Of a stretch of 64,000 bases of DNA, positions 1 to 11,566 are shown one piece after another. The notes beneath the pieces were generated by a model. The model saw only the letters and a list, made by a program, of their open reading frames with translations, searched no databases and was not told the DNA's origin. The stretch lies in the sequence record PX104380.1, one strand, 5' to 3'. The DNA is from a phage. How positions within the stretch are numbered: position 1 is the stretch's first letter; every line of letters starts with the position of its first letter. The translations under genes and the position numbers were made by a program.

Positions 1-1
1 T

Positions 2-1562
<1,561 letters not shown>

Positions 1563-1568
1563 TTTTTG

Positions 1569-1576
1569 AATAAATA
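1569..1576 (+). promoter_or_regulatory. Late-promoter-like box AATAAATA upstream of holin t (one mismatch to T4 late consensus TATAAATA)
   Basis: motif 19 nt upstream of t ATG, followed by AAGGAGG SD. Confidence 0.35.
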
Positions 1577-1594
1577 TCCTTAAAAGGAGGGTCT

Positions 1595-2251
1595 ATGGCA
1601 GCACCTAGAATATCATTTTCGCCCTCTGATATTCTATTTGGTGTTCTAGATCGCTTGTTCAAAGATAACGCTACCGGGAAAGTTCTTGCTTCCCGGGTAG
1701 CTGTCGTAATTCTTTTGTTTATGATGGCGATTGTTTGGTATAGGGGAGATAGTTTCTTTGAGTACTATAAGCAATCAAAGTATGAAACATACAGTGAAAT
1801 TATTGAAAAGGAAAGAAATGCACGCTTTGAATCTGTCGCCCTGGAACAACTCCAGATAGTTCACATATCATCTGAGGCAGACTTTAGTGCGGTGTATTCT
1901 TTCCGCCCTAAAAACTTAAACTATTTTGTCGATATTATAGCATATGAAGGAAAATTACCTTCAACAATAAGTGAAAAATCACTTGGAGGATATCCTGTTG
2001 ATAAAACTATGGATGAATATGCAGTTCATTTAAATGGACGTCATTATTATTCCAACTCAAAATTTGCTTTTTTACCAACTAAAAAGCCTACTCCCGAAAT
2101 AAACTACATATACAGTTGTCCATATTTTAATTTGGATAATATCTATGCTGGAACGATAACCATGTACTGGTATAGAAATGATCATATAAGTAATGACCGC
2201 CTTGAATCAATATGCGCCCAGGCGGCCAGAATATTAGGAAGGGCTAAATAA
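1595..2251 (+). CDS. t: Holin t
   Basis: 218 aa; N-terminus MAAPRISFSPSDILFGVLDRLFKDNATGKVLASRVAVVILLFMMAIVWY matches remembered T4 holin with one TM segment and large periplasmic domain. Confidence 0.95.
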   Translation: MAAPRISFSPSDILFGVLDRLFKDNATGKVLASRVAVVILLFMMAIVWYRGDSFFEYYKQSKYETYSEIIEKERNARFESVALEQLQIVHISSEADFSAVYSFRPKNLNYFVDIIAYEGKLPSTISEKSLGGYPVDKTMDEYAVHLNGRHYYSNSKFAFLPTKKPTPEINYIYSCPYFNLDNIYAGTITMYWYRNDHISNDRLESICAQAARILGRAK

Positions 2252-2524
2252 TTATTTGTTCGTATACATCTCTAGATATCGATATACACCCTCAAAACCC
2301 TCGTTGAATTCGTCGATGAGGGTTTTCTTATCTTCTTGAGTTAATTCAGAAACAATTTTACGGAATGAATTCTGATTTAATTTTCTACCTTCATGTGTTA
2401 CTCCAATCTCATTCAGAAATGCAATAAAATTAGCACGATTTTCAACAATATCTTCTCTGGAAAATTTAATTAAAATAGACGCAACAGTAATAATTTCACG
2501 AACTGTATCAATATTTTTATTCAT
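2252..2524 (-). CDS. asiA: Anti-sigma70 factor AsiA
   Basis: 90 aa, MNKNIDTVREIITVASILIKFSREDIVENRANFIAFLNEIGVTHEGRKL matches T4 AsiA from memory. Confidence 0.93.
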   Translation of the reverse strand: MNKNIDTVREIITVASILIKFSREDIVENRANFIAFLNEIGVTHEGRKLNQNSFRKIVSELTQEDKKTLIDEFNEGFEGVYRYLEMYTNK

Positions 2525-2685
2525 TAACTATACCACTCAATTAGTTGACTTTGTTATAATATCATCAGACGCTTGATTTGTAAACTGGTCTGTGTTATTT
2601 TCTTCAAAAATTTTTTCTACGAATTCCTTGAACGACTTACGTTCCTGAGCTACATTATGCTCGATTACTTTTTCAAGATTATGAC

Positions 2686-2964
2686 TCATTCGAAATAATC
2701 TTCAATTTCATAATCATGGACGTAAATCATTATAGTTTTTAATACATCATCAATACTTTTTCCTGGTGCTGGAATTACGTAGAAATATCCTGCTTTTGAA
2801 AGGTCTTTATAAGTTCCAATCAAGAAATCATTATTCTCGAGATGTAATTCTTCAACTAATTCATTAACAATTGAGTGGTATAAATTTGGTAGAAACTTAT
2901 ATAGCTTTTCTAGAATATCAATTTTGATTGTGTATTGAACCACAGACTGAGAATCAATAATCAT
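2686..2964 (-). CDS. arn: Anti-restriction nuclease Arn-like protein (inhibitor of McrBC)
   Basis: 92-aa acidic protein directly downstream of asiA; size and position as T4 arn; sequence identity not verified. Confidence 0.6.
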   Translation of the reverse strand: MIIDSQSVVQYTIKIDILEKLYKFLPNLYHSIVNELVEELHLENNDFLIGTYKDLSKAGYFYVIPAPGKSIDDVLKTIMIYVHDYEIEDYFE

Positions 2965-3047
2965 AGACCTTCCCCTTATGTTTCTGTTTACGATTAGAAT
3001 CTTTAAACGCTTTCTTCTTATCTTTATGAACAGAAGCTTTATTAAAA

Positions 3048-3266
3048 TTATGTTTTGCGACTAAATTGTTCATAGTGCTGAATTACCTCTCTTAAACATT
3101 TGCATGTAAATGAGAACTTTTTAGCTACACCACATTCAAATATATGTTCTCTTAAATCACGCGTATCAGTATATCCCATCTCAACAATAAAATGCCTTAT
3201 TAGATTTTTATCTTTATCATTGAGAGAATTAAAATAATCAGATTTTGAATTAATTTCCCTGGCCAA
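3048..3266 (-). CDS. Hypothetical protein (arn-motA interval)
   Basis: 72-aa ORF with CxxC...CKC cysteines; start codon uncertain. Confidence 0.45.
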   Translation of the reverse strand: MAREINSKSDYFNSLNDKDKNLIRHFIVEMGYTDTRDLREHIFECGVAKKFSFTCKCLREVIQHYEQFSRKT

Positions 3267-3546
3267 ATTGAATCACCTTCAGTTGACGTTTTAATTCTTT
3301 TATCATTTCTTCGTTCATCGCAATATAAAGATCGCGTAAAGCAGGTTTTAGCATGTCATTTATTATAGAACTAAATGGACATACATAATCTTTTCCTACG
3401 AGCTTTTTGGTGAATTCCATATCACAGAACTTAAATCCCGGCTCATTGGTATAAATTCCCCAATTAGTTGACATCATTTTATTGGCATATTCTAGTGCCT
3501 GGATTTGATTCATAATTCCATCAATTTGAAACTTTTTAATATTCAT
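3250..3546 (-). CDS. Hypothetical protein (arn-motA interval)
   Basis: 98-aa ORF, stop overlaps next gene start. Confidence 0.5.
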   Translation of the reverse strand: MNIKKFQIDGIMNQIQALEYANKMMSTNWGIYTNEPGFKFCDMEFTKKLVGKDYVCPFSSIINDMLKPALRDLYIAMNEEMIKELKRQLKVIQFGQGN

Positions 3547-4007
3547 TAGTAAAGGTCCTCAGAGTAAAGTTCTTTTTCACTACCACCACGTTCAATACGT
3601 ACTTGTCCAGCGTAAGTTGCAATAATCATTGCTTCTTCACGTGTCCAATAATTACTATATTGGTCAATAAACCCTTGGTCATCATCACAAACTTGTTGAG
3701 TAACTAATTGAGGTTTAACTACATCTAAAACTTCTGCCATATCTTTAGAATAATGACGAGCACCTGGAATAATAAGAGTTCGTCCATCTTTTAATTTAAA
3801 ACGATTAGCTGCACAGACAATTCGTCGTTGATACTTTTGGTTTTCATCCCAGTACGCAGTCTGCCAACAGATTTCAGGAACTTCTTTCAGAATATCTTCT
3901 TCTGTGCATTTATAACCATGCGCTTTAAATTTTTGAACAAGACTCTCCGGAGTCTCACGAGATAAAGGCACATTCAGCATTTTTAAACGATTAATAAATG
4001 GGTTCAT
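3546..4007 (-). CDS. Hypothetical protein (arn-motA interval)
   Basis: 153-aa ORF, ATGA-type coupling with neighbours. Confidence 0.55.
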   Translation of the reverse strand: MNPFINRLKMLNVPLSRETPESLVQKFKAHGYKCTEEDILKEVPEICWQTAYWDENQKYQRRIVCAANRFKLKDGRTLIIPGARHYSKDMAEVLDVVKPQLVTQQVCDDDQGFIDQYSNYWTREEAMIIATYAGQVRIERGGSEKELYSEDLY

Positions 4008-4333
4008 TTAAACCATCCTTTAATACGCTGCCACAAAGTTTTCTGCTGAGCTTTGTTGACACCAATTGAACGAATAACTGGTTGAGATTCCTGGAATTCT
4101 TTATAATCGGCAAGGTAAATTTCGTAAGCTGCATCCGTAAATGAACTTATCGCTGCCATAAAATTATTGCGAATACCTACTGGAGCATCTTTACTTTCAC
4201 GAATAATCATGTATTTACCAGTCTTAATCTTTACAATAGTTCCAAGATAAGCTCCATGATACCAGATGTCCCAACCCTCTTGAGTAGGTTCTGCACAACG
4301 ACGAAGTTCATTAACAATTTCTAACTTGTTCAT
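4004..4333 (-). CDS. Hypothetical protein (motA.1 position)
   Basis: 109-aa ORF directly downstream of motA. Confidence 0.55.
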   Translation of the reverse strand: MNKLEIVNELRRCAEPTQEGWDIWYHGAYLGTIVKIKTGKYMIIRESKDAPVGIRNNFMAAISSFTDAAYEIYLADYKEFQESQPVIRSIGVNKAQQKTLWQRIKGWFK

Positions 4334-4343
4334 TATTTATTCC

Positions 4344-4979
4344 TCACAGTTCAGATGCTACAGTGATTACTGCTTCAATGTTTTCTGCCGAGCGTTTAAT
4401 GTCAAGATAAACATTACCGTTTTTAGCGATTTTACAAGACATTCCGATATCAGTAAATTTCTGAATATGATGTTCCATCATTTTGTATCCAAAAATTCGC
4501 ATATTTCCATTGTTGTTAATTTCAAAATTACGAATTCCGTGAGTGCGTTTTTCTAAAATAGCGAGATAGTTACTGCGATAAGTTTCAACCTTTTTAAGAA
4601 CAAATCCATTTTCATCTAAAAGTTTTAACATGAGGTCTTTATCTTCTTCCATATCAGAAGTAATCTCACGAGCTTTACGAGTTGCTCGTTTTTTCAGTAG
4701 TTCCGGAGCATTTTCCTGTGCGTATAAAGTTGCTGCATTTGAAATAATATCCTGGGCTTCACCTGTAATGATTAATCCATCACCAGATTTCTCCACCAGG
4801 CCTTTTTTAATCAATACCCCAATATTACTATTAACTACTGCGTTACCTAAATCTGGATGCACCCCACGAACTTCTGCGGCTGTAATGAAATCTTTCTTAG
4901 CAATGGTAATTAAAATCGCAGCAGTTTTTTCATTCAGAACATCGTTAGAAGCTTTGATGATGTAAGTTACTTTAGACAT
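4344..4979 (-). CDS. motA: Middle-transcription activator MotA
   Basis: 211 aa, MSKVTYIIKASNDVLNEKTAAILITIAKKDFITAAEVRGVHPDLGNAVVNSNIGVLIKKGLVEKSGDGLIITGEA matches remembered T4 MotA. Confidence 0.95.
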   Translation of the reverse strand: MSKVTYIIKASNDVLNEKTAAILITIAKKDFITAAEVRGVHPDLGNAVVNSNIGVLIKKGLVEKSGDGLIITGEAQDIISNAATLYAQENAPELLKKRATRKAREITSDMEEDKDLMLKLLDENGFVLKKVETYRSNYLAILEKRTHGIRNFEINNNGNMRIFGYKMMEHHIQKFTDIGMSCKIAKNGNVYLDIKRSAENIEAVITVASEL

Positions 4980-5014
4980 TTTCTAATCTCCGTAATTCTG
5001 TATCAGTAGTTGAT

Positions 5015-5075
5015 AGTTGTATAGTACCACAGTATGCTTTGGTTGTAAACCGTTTTATGAAAAAAATTTTAAAAT
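5015..5075 (-). promoter_or_regulatory. Early (sigma70) promoter module upstream of motA
   Basis: - strand GTTTAC (plus 5045-5050), 17/18-bp spacer, extended -10 TGGTACTAT (plus 5021-5029), AT-rich UP region; conserved leader with GGAG before motA ATG. Confidence 0.65.
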
Positions 5076-5100
5076 AAAAAGGGAGAGCCTCGGCTCTCCC
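5061..5100 (-). terminator. Intrinsic terminator downstream of gene 52 and the 49-aa ORF
   Basis: - strand 8-bp GC-rich stem (GGGAGAGC/GCTCTCCC, 4-nt loop) followed by T-run TTTTTATTTTAAAATTTTTT. Confidence 0.7.
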
Positions 5101-5105
5101 TAAAA

Positions 5106-5255
5106 TTACTGCATGACTGTGATAACTGTCATGATAACACGTTGAATTCCGAACGCAAGAAGACCTCCTGCTACGGCTGGAACAACACCTAAACCCGCCA
5201 GTAAAATGCTACCGGATACTAATGCAGCGCTTGTAATACCAATGAATGGACTCAT
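5106..5255 (-). CDS. Small hydrophobic membrane protein (49 aa), translationally coupled to gene 52
   Basis: ATG 5255 overlaps gp52 stop (ATGA); own translation MSPFIGITSAALVSGSILLAGLGVVPAVAGGLLAFGIQRVIMTVITVMQ; below the 60-aa track cutoff. Confidence 0.5.
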   Translation of the reverse strand: MSPFIGITSAALVSGSILLAGLGVVPAVAGGLLAFGIQRVIMTVITVMQ

Positions 5256-6580
5256 TTGATTTCCTCTAAATCTTTAGTGTATTCTGTAACTACATCAGTA
5301 GTTTTCCAATATTCGTTTTCTTCTTTTTTAGCTTTAGCTTCTTCAGCAAGTTTCTTTGCTTCGTCGGAAGTCATATGAAAAATATTCATTCCGACTAGTT
5401 TATCGACATAAGAAGAATACATCTCAATTTTAGAAAGTTCTTCGGTCAGTTCTTTGCGAGTTTTACCCTGTACAACAATTTCACCTGAAATTACTTTCTT
5501 AATGAAATGCGCCTTGGCAAAGGCTAAACGAAAAGCTGACTCAGTTTCTTTGATTTTGTTATCAATTCGTTTTTGGACATAAGTTTTACGAACTTCAACG
5601 AAGTCTTTGATTAAATCAACTACGTTATCGTAAACTTGTAGCTTTCCTTTCTCATTAATAACGGTAATATTTTGGGAACGACGCTCAATCAACCCAAAGT
5701 CTTTCATAATTTTTGCATGGCGTTCTTCTTCGTTATCGCTCAAAGAATATTCTTTGCGGAATTTAACTTTGAAGCCAAAACCATGCTCACCACAAGCATC
5801 ATCCCATGTAATGAAGCCTTTATCTTCAAGTGGATCTAAAATTTTGCTCACATAAGTTTCACGATCATACTTATACGGAATCTCAGTGATATGCATTTGC
5901 GTTCGTGAAGTAAACTTATATGTTCCACGAATTTCATATTGACCGTCAATCTCAACGACTTCACCACGAAATTCTGGGAATTCTACCTTCGGTTTAGTTA
6001 CTTTCTTTCCTTGAAGAGCTTGCAGTACAGCTTTCTTGACAGAAGAAACACTATGAGGAAGAATGTAAGTTGCATAACCAGTTGCAATACCGGAAACACC
6101 ATTAAGAAGAACAGTAGGAATAATAGGCAAATAGAAAGCAGGCGGAATGTGTTCTTTATCTTGATGTACCGGAGCATATTCAGTATCTTTATATACGTTA
6201 TAGAAATTTTTACTTACACGAGCAAAAATATAACGACTTGCTGCTGCTTTTTGAACGGTACGAGAACCAAAGTTTCCTTGACCATCTAACAAAGGAAAGT
6301 TATTATTCCAAGTGTTAGCCATCAAAGCCCCCGCATCTTGTGCAGAGTTTTCACCATGATGATATCCAAGGTCCGCTACACCACCTGCAATAGAAGCGAG
6401 TTTGTGAAACTTATCTTTATTTCCTCGTGCCAAATCAAGAGCTCGAGCAATAACAAATCGTTGAACTGGCTTAAATCCGTCAATCATATTTGGAATGGCA
6501 CGATTTTCAACCGTGTACATAGCATAAGCCAATGCTTCATTATCAATGATACTTTTTAAATCGCGATTATTCAGTTGCAT
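5252..6580 (-). CDS. 52: DNA topoisomerase II medium subunit gp52 (GyrA-like)
   Basis: 442 aa, matches T4 gp52 length and order (motA-52); breakage-reunion region IDGFKPVQRFVIARAL. Confidence 0.93.
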   Translation of the reverse strand: MQLNNRDLKSIIDNEALAYAMYTVENRAIPNMIDGFKPVQRFVIARALDLARGNKDKFHKLASIAGGVADLGYHHGENSAQDAGALMANTWNNNFPLLDGQGNFGSRTVQKAAASRYIFARVSKNFYNVYKDTEYAPVHQDKEHIPPAFYLPIIPTVLLNGVSGIATGYATYILPHSVSSVKKAVLQALQGKKVTKPKVEFPEFRGEVVEIDGQYEIRGTYKFTSRTQMHITEIPYKYDRETYVSKILDPLEDKGFITWDDACGEHGFGFKVKFRKEYSLSDNEEERHAKIMKDFGLIERRSQNITVINEKGKLQVYDNVVDLIKDFVEVRKTYVQKRIDNKIKETESAFRLAFAKAHFIKKVISGEIVVQGKTRKELTEELSKIEMYSSYVDKLVGMNIFHMTSDEAKKLAEEAKAKKEENEYWKTTDVVTEYTKDLEEIK

Positions 6581-6584
6581 AAAT

Positions 6585-6725
6585 TTACCATACTAGTGAA
6601 TGTAGTGCCATAATAACATCAGAAATGAAAAGCACGACTTGAATTAATCCGAACATTACTCCATAATATAGTGCTACTAATAAAGTAGCAAGGGCTAATG
6701 AATAGCCCAAGATTTTCTTAATCAT
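6585..6725 (-). CDS. Small hydrophobic peptide (46 aa)
   Basis: own translation MIKKILGYSLALATLLVALYYGVMFGLIQVVLFISDVIMALHSLVW; directly upstream of gene 52. Confidence 0.4.
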   Translation of the reverse strand: MIKKILGYSLALATLLVALYYGVMFGLIQVVLFISDVIMALHSLVW

Positions 6726-6883
6726 TAGTAGATAACAACACAAATGTTAAATATGCACACATACCCTGAGCTAAAGCTTGCGAAAACACACTGCTGGCAT
6801 CAATACAGATAGTTAAAACACATGCTACTATCCAACAAATAAATGAAATAACTCCTAATAATTTTGCAATATTCATATTTTCC

Positions 6884-6997
6884 TCACATAAATCCAAAGT
6901 AAACGTTTAATACATCAATCATTAAAACGATTGGGAATATACTCAAAACTACTAGTATTATAACTACATTCCATATAGCTTTAACAATCTTTTTCAT
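6884..6997 (-). CDS. Small membrane peptide (37 aa) behind conserved early leader
   Basis: ATG 6997 preceded by GGAGGAACAGAAA leader; MKKIVKAIWNVVIILVVLSIFPIVLMIDVLNVYFGFM; track ORF is an upstream extension. Confidence 0.45.
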   Translation of the reverse strand: MKKIVKAIWNVVIILVVLSIFPIVLMIDVLNVYFGFM

Positions 6998-7019
6998 TTT
7001 CTGTTCCTCCGTAGTTGAT

Positions 7020-7080
7020 AGGGTAATAGTACCACGGAAGAACAGTCTTGTAAACAGCTTTTTTAAAAATATTCGTAATA
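7020..7080 (-). promoter_or_regulatory. Early promoter module
   Basis: - strand GTTTAC (7050-7055), 17/18-bp spacer, TGGTACTAT (7026-7034), AT-rich upstream. Confidence 0.6.
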
Positions 7081-7240
7081 AATGTGAATACCAACTACTA
7101 CCGCTGAAACCTGTGCAACCCACCACGCACAAGCAATAAGTACAGAATTCAAAATTTTCATAATAACCTCATTACAAAAGTAAATGTTAAACAAATTACT
7201 GGAATACTAATTAACCAAACAAAACACCACCATAGTGAAC

Positions 7241-7504
7241 TCATAGCTCAATCTCAGCGATTTTCATTTCATTACTATTAATAGCCGCTTTAAGACTATC
7301 TGAAAGAATTACATTCCAATGGTCATTCATATGACCATTAACTAAGCGTGTAATTTCTTCGGGAGTTGAAAAATAAGGCTGATCAGACTCCCAATGCGAT
7401 AGTCCCAAGCGAGTATAAATCATACCTTCATCATCGCTAGAATATTCAACTGACACAAACTCATCAGTTATTTTATGTTTAGCGTAATAAAATTTAAATT
7501 TCAT
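7241..7504 (-). CDS. Hypothetical protein (87 aa)
   Basis: ORF behind conserved leader CGGAGGAACAGAAAATG and an early promoter. Confidence 0.55.
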   Translation of the reverse strand: MKFKFYYAKHKITDEFVSVEYSSDDEGMIYTRLGLSHWESDQPYFSTPEEITRLVNGHMNDHWNVILSDSLKAAINSNEMKIAEIEL

Positions 7505-7526
7505 TTTCTGTTCCTCCGTAGTTGAT

Positions 7527-7587
7527 AGTTATATAGTACCACGGTCCTTGTGGTGTGTAAACCATTTTGTGAAAAATTTTTTAAATG
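7527..7587 (-). promoter_or_regulatory. Early promoter module
   Basis: GTTTAC (7557-7562), spacer, TGGTACTAT (7533-7541), AT-rich UP. Confidence 0.6.
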
Positions 7588-8138
7588 GAAAGATACCATC
7601 CGTTGTAGTTGCTTTTTCGCACTACCTTACGAAGGTCTTCTCTGTCACCGATGAACTTCGGAGTGTACTGGATGACACCTGGATGAATTTCTTTAGTGTT
7701 GAATATAATTATACAGTCCGCGACTTGATGATTTAGAATGGGCCCTAGATTTATTCCAGAACCATATGGATACTCTCCGCTGCATCCCGTTGTTACCGAA
7801 ATCCAACGCGAGTCAGTTTGATGTGTCTTAACTTCTACACGGAGCCCACAGTATTTTGGATGTGCTAAAACATCCCATGCATACGTGTACGGATCATCGG
7901 CATCTTCTTGACCTTTGTTAACATATCCACTCAACCAATCTGCTACCACATACTCGGCATACACAGCAATACGGCATCTTTCGATAACTTCTGCCTTATC
8001 CTGATTTGGGTTTTGTTTTAAAGAGTATCTTGCAGTATCAGCAATTTTGGCCTTCATTTCACTAGTCAAGTCACTGTTAGATAGTGTAAATGACGGAATC
8101 TGAAATAGTCTCTGCAAACCCGGATTCGTTTTCTGCAT
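7581..8138 (-). CDS. denB: Endonuclease IV DenB-like
   Basis: 185 aa, the size of T4 DenB, directly upstream of rIIB as in T4; sequence not verified. Confidence 0.6.
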   Translation of the reverse strand: MQKTNPGLQRLFQIPSFTLSNSDLTSEMKAKIADTARYSLKQNPNQDKAEVIERCRIAVYAEYVVADWLSGYVNKGQEDADDPYTYAWDVLAHPKYCGLRVEVKTHQTDSRWISVTTGCSGEYPYGSGINLGPILNHQVADCIIIFNTKEIHPGVIQYTPKFIGDREDLRKVVRKSNYNGWYLSI

Positions 8139-8167
8139 TTAAACTTTCCTTTATGTCGGAATCATAA

Positions 8168-8198
8168 TTTCTCTTAAAACAAAAGGGCCGAAGCCCTT
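8168..8198 (-). terminator. UUCG hairpin with T-rich tail (terminator-like)
   Basis: - strand AAGGGC-TTCG-GCCCTT then TTTTGTTTTAAG. Confidence 0.45.
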
Positions 8199-8201
8199 AT
8201 T

Positions 8202-8396
8202 TTATTTGAATTGTGCAATTCTTTTTTCTAAACAATCTGCGTAAGATTTCATTGAGATGAACTGTGAAAGCAGTAATTCTTGCTCAACTGCATTAACTGT
8301 TAGAAACTTTGCGCTTTCTAAAAATTTACTCAGTGCATTAATTTTGAGCATTAATTGATCGTATTCTTCTTTTACTCGTGCTTGATAACCTAACAT
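8202..8396 (-). CDS. Hypothetical protein (64 aa) between rIIB and denB
   Basis: ORF with predicted helical/coiled character. Confidence 0.45.
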   Translation of the reverse strand: MLGYQARVKEEYDQLMLKINALSKFLESAKFLTVNAVEQELLLSQFISMKSYADCLEKRIAQFK

Positions 8397-8428
8397 AATT
8401 TTCCTTAATGTGATAAGGGACGAAGCCC

Positions 8429-9367
8429 TTATTTAAATTGTTCTGTAACGTCTTCAACTACTTCGTATTGGCAGGTACGCATTTTAGCATCGTTGTAATC
8501 AATCGGAATTGATACTACATCACGCGGATGTACTTTAACTTTTACAACTCGGCTAGTTGAACTGCCAAAGTGACGAATATAAGATTTAGAACACACATGC
8601 AGACCGCGAGAACAAGTTTGTGTATCATCGTCATTCACACGAGTACGTGGCATTTTAACTACTTTACCAGGGCTGTTATCAAAAGTATTTGAATGACAGT
8701 CAAAGTAATTGCTGCGAACTACTTTCCAAGCATAGAAGTAACCGTCTTCTGTAATTTCAATATCGTTTGCTACCAAGAAATCAAAGAGTCGAGATACCGC
8801 TTTTTGGCTTGGGTTTTCCAGCAGATTTTCCAAGAACGGAAAATAGAATTCAAAGTTTTCGCCTTTTTCCATCGAGTCAAGAATACGATCAACCAAACCA
8901 GACCGTAATTCGATATTTTGATAGAACAAGCTTCCACCTTCAATTCGAACATCGCCGGAAATATATTTTTCAACAGCGCGGCGAACATTAATTTTTTGCG
9001 CAGCTTCTTCCAGCTTATCTGCTACAAGCAGATTAAGAATTTCCTGGAAGTTTGAATGAGTATTAGGAGTTGCGTTATAAGTTACACCGTCAACAGTAAT
9101 TGAAATGAATTTTTTAGATGCATTCCAAATAATGTCAGATTTAGCAACTGGAGCAATAGCTACATCACTCTTAACTTCAACTGTAATGTCACCGCTAATA
9201 GTAACTTTGGAGCGTTTAGCTTCTTCAGCATTTTTCAAAACACGACGGATTGTGTCAACCGATACACCTTGCCAATCAGCCAATTCCTGTTGGGTGTAAT
9301 TACCACTTGAATACAGCTTAACAATTTCAGCTTGTTCGTTTTTGGTCAGGCATTTAATATTGTACAT
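8429..9367 (-). CDS. rIIB: rIIB protein
   Basis: 312 aa, MYNIKCLTKNEQAEIVKLYSSGNYTQQELADWQGVSVDTIRRVLKNAEEAKR N-terminal HTH; downstream of rIIA. Confidence 0.9.
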   Translation of the reverse strand: MYNIKCLTKNEQAEIVKLYSSGNYTQQELADWQGVSVDTIRRVLKNAEEAKRSKVTISGDITVEVKSDVAIAPVAKSDIIWNASKKFISITVDGVTYNATPNTHSNFQEILNLLVADKLEEAAQKINVRRAVEKYISGDVRIEGGSLFYQNIELRSGLVDRILDSMEKGENFEFYFPFLENLLENPSQKAVSRLFDFLVANDIEITEDGYFYAWKVVRSNYFDCHSNTFDNSPGKVVKMPRTRVNDDDTQTCSRGLHVCSKSYIRHFGSSTSRVVKVKVHPRDVVSIPIDYNDAKMRTCQYEVVEDVTEQFK

Positions 9368-9378
9368 AATTTTCCTTA

Positions 9379-11556
9379 TTAGGCCGCAAGGGCCTTCATA
9401 GTTTTAGCGATTTGAGAAACTTCATCATCACTTAAAGAGTTGCGATATCCGATGAAGTCGGAAACAATACGGAATTTCTTGGTAAACTCAGCAACCATTT
9501 TATCACTGTTTTTTGAAGCATTATTTGATAATACATCAAAAAGATTAGTTACTGTCCAGATGTCATGACCGATGGTATCTTTTCCACCATTAAAATACAC
9601 ACCCTGCAATGAACTAACCATATTAGCGAGTCGTGTATATTCTTCAGAAACTTCATCTGTACTGAAGTACTTCATCATAAAATCTAGTTCAGGATGCTTG
9701 ATAATTTTATCAATATATCGTTGAGCTGAACTTGAATAACCTACATACTTATCATAATCTACATCATCAAAAGCATCTACATATAAATCACGTAAAGCTT
9801 CAAAAATACATTGGCACTGACCAAGCTCTTTTACCTTTTTCTGCAAAAGCGGACGAATAACATAAAATTCATTAATGCCAATAAGATTAGCCATACGAAT
9901 CAAAATATTCATAGATGGATGACAAAGCGATGTAGTACCATCCATAGAGAAAATATCAGAACGATGCATATACGCTACATACCCAGTAATTTCATCTGCT
10001 TCTGATGTGAGCGTAAATAATTCCTCTTTTTCCCAGCGCCCGTCTTTAATTTCAAACTTAAATGCTGTAGCAGCTTTAGGACGAGGAGCTTTACTTTTAA
10101 CTACCTTTGGAATATAGCTTTTAACTAAAGCTTCAATTTCTGACAAATAATGAATGTTAACTTCATCACTTTCAAACATCGCCATAATATCAGGAAGCAA
10201 ATCAATCTGCGATTCTACTTCTGGATTAATAAACAGAAGGCGTTCGTTGTGATGAATATTTAAGGTGTTATTAAATTCACTATCATCTAACGCATGTGCT
10301 AATCCACGGACAATATTAACACGATTTTTAATATTATCAATAACGATATTAATTTTTGTTGCATTAATACCAAACAGACGATAACTTGATGCAACGGCTG
10401 AAGTTTCATGACTTTGCTTAATGCGTTTCAGTCGAGGGTCAAGATTTACTTCATACACAACTCCTGCATTGCATAACTTACTATCAGGTTCAAACATACT
10501 CTGCATCTTTTTATATGACAGATTTTTAGTCGTGAATTTGACTGAATTACTAATCATATAATCTCGAGCAGAATACCCCATCTTCATCAATTCACGATAT
10601 GTGTGACGAGGAGATGTAGATTCTTTAAATCGTTTTACATCTTCATTAAATGCTTTCTCACTGAGTTCTTTAACTCGTTCAATAATATTTTTACGAGTAC
10701 GATCATCCAGTGAAAGAGCCTCACGAGATGGAGCAATATCAAGTGAACCCATTGGAAACTTAATGTAATTCACTTCATTGCGAATGCTTAGCCAGTTACG
10801 GTCTCTAATAACACCGTCGATAGGATAAACAATACCGCCATAGATAGCATATAATCCGCCGCGATCTGGCCAGTATCTTTCTGGATTTACACCGTAATAA
10901 TCATCAAAATCCGGAAAATAATCAATTTCGCGGTCAAGACCGTTAATGATAGCCAAATCTTTGAACGGTCGCATGATATAAGAAACTTCATAAGCAAAGT
11001 TTCTAAAGTCTTTTTCTTCAACTGGAACTACGATTTCAATACCAGTTTTATCATCTGGATCCATTTCTTTTACGAATGTAGGTTTAATCTGTGGACCATC
11101 ACCATCCATGTAAGCTACATAACCACGAATTTCACCTTTATGATACGAAGTAATACTAAACGTATCAGTATAACTAAACGGAGATTTAGAACCTAAACCA
11201 AATCCACCAATGAAATCATTAGATTCAGCTTTAGATGAACTGAAATATGAATTATACAGACCAGGAGAATTATCATCACCCTGAATATCAAAATCACTCA
11301 TACCCGGACCAAAATCTCGACAAACAAATCGTGGATCTAAACGTCCAGGAACTTGAATGATAAATTTTTCAGGATTTCCATTGAGAGAATGGGCATCAAT
11401 CATGTTGGTAATCAATTCACGGACTACTGCGCGAATCTTGTTTGTATACAAATCAGACGACAGAATTTTAAATACTTTAGGAGATGCTGTGATGCTAAAT
11501 GCTTTTGATTTAGAACCATTGCCAAGAATTGTTTCTTTTTCAGTGGTGATAATCAT
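9379..11556 (-). CDS. rIIA: rIIA protein (GHKL-type ATPase fold)
   Basis: 725 aa; N-box-like [10 protein letters not shown] and G-box-like GGFGLGSKS motifs; T4 rIIA length. Confidence 0.93.
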   Translation of the reverse strand: MIITTEKETILGNGSKSKAFSITASPKVFKILSSDLYTNKIRAVVRELITNMIDAHSLNGNPEKFIIQVPGRLDPRFVCRDFGPGMSDFDIQGDDNSPGLYNSYFSSSKAESNDFIGGFGLGSKSPFSYTDTFSITSYHKGEIRGYVAYMDGDGPQIKPTFVKEMDPDDKTGIEIVVPVEEKDFRNFAYEVSYIMRPFKDLAIINGLDREIDYFPDFDDYYGVNPERYWPDRGGLYAIYGGIVYPIDGVIRDRNWLSIRNEVNYIKFPMGSLDIAPSREALSLDDRTRKNIIERVKELSEKAFNEDVKRFKESTSPRHTYRELMKMGYSARDYMISNSVKFTTKNLSYKKMQSMFEPDSKLCNAGVVYEVNLDPRLKRIKQSHETSAVASSYRLFGINATKINIVIDNIKNRVNIVRGLAHALDDSEFNNTLNIHHNERLLFINPEVESQIDLLPDIMAMFESDEVNIHYLSEIEALVKSYIPKVVKSKAPRPKAATAFKFEIKDGRWEKEELFTLTSEADEITGYVAYMHRSDIFSMDGTTSLCHPSMNILIRMANLIGINEFYVIRPLLQKKVKELGQCQCIFEALRDLYVDAFDDVDYDKYVGYSSSAQRYIDKIIKHPELDFMMKYFSTDEVSEEYTRLANMVSSLQGVYFNGGKDTIGHDIWTVTNLFDVLSNNASKNSDKMVAEFTKKFRIVSDFIGYRNSLSDDEVSQIAKTMKALAA

Positions 11557-11566
11557 AATTTCCTCA

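Noticed and set aside
4326-4965. + strand ORFs (76 and 111 aa) overlapping motA
   Set aside because: Antisense to MotA, which matches the known protein over its full length
5939-6559. + strand ORFs inside gene 52
   Set aside because: Antisense to a conserved topoisomerase ORF; AT-rich frame artifacts
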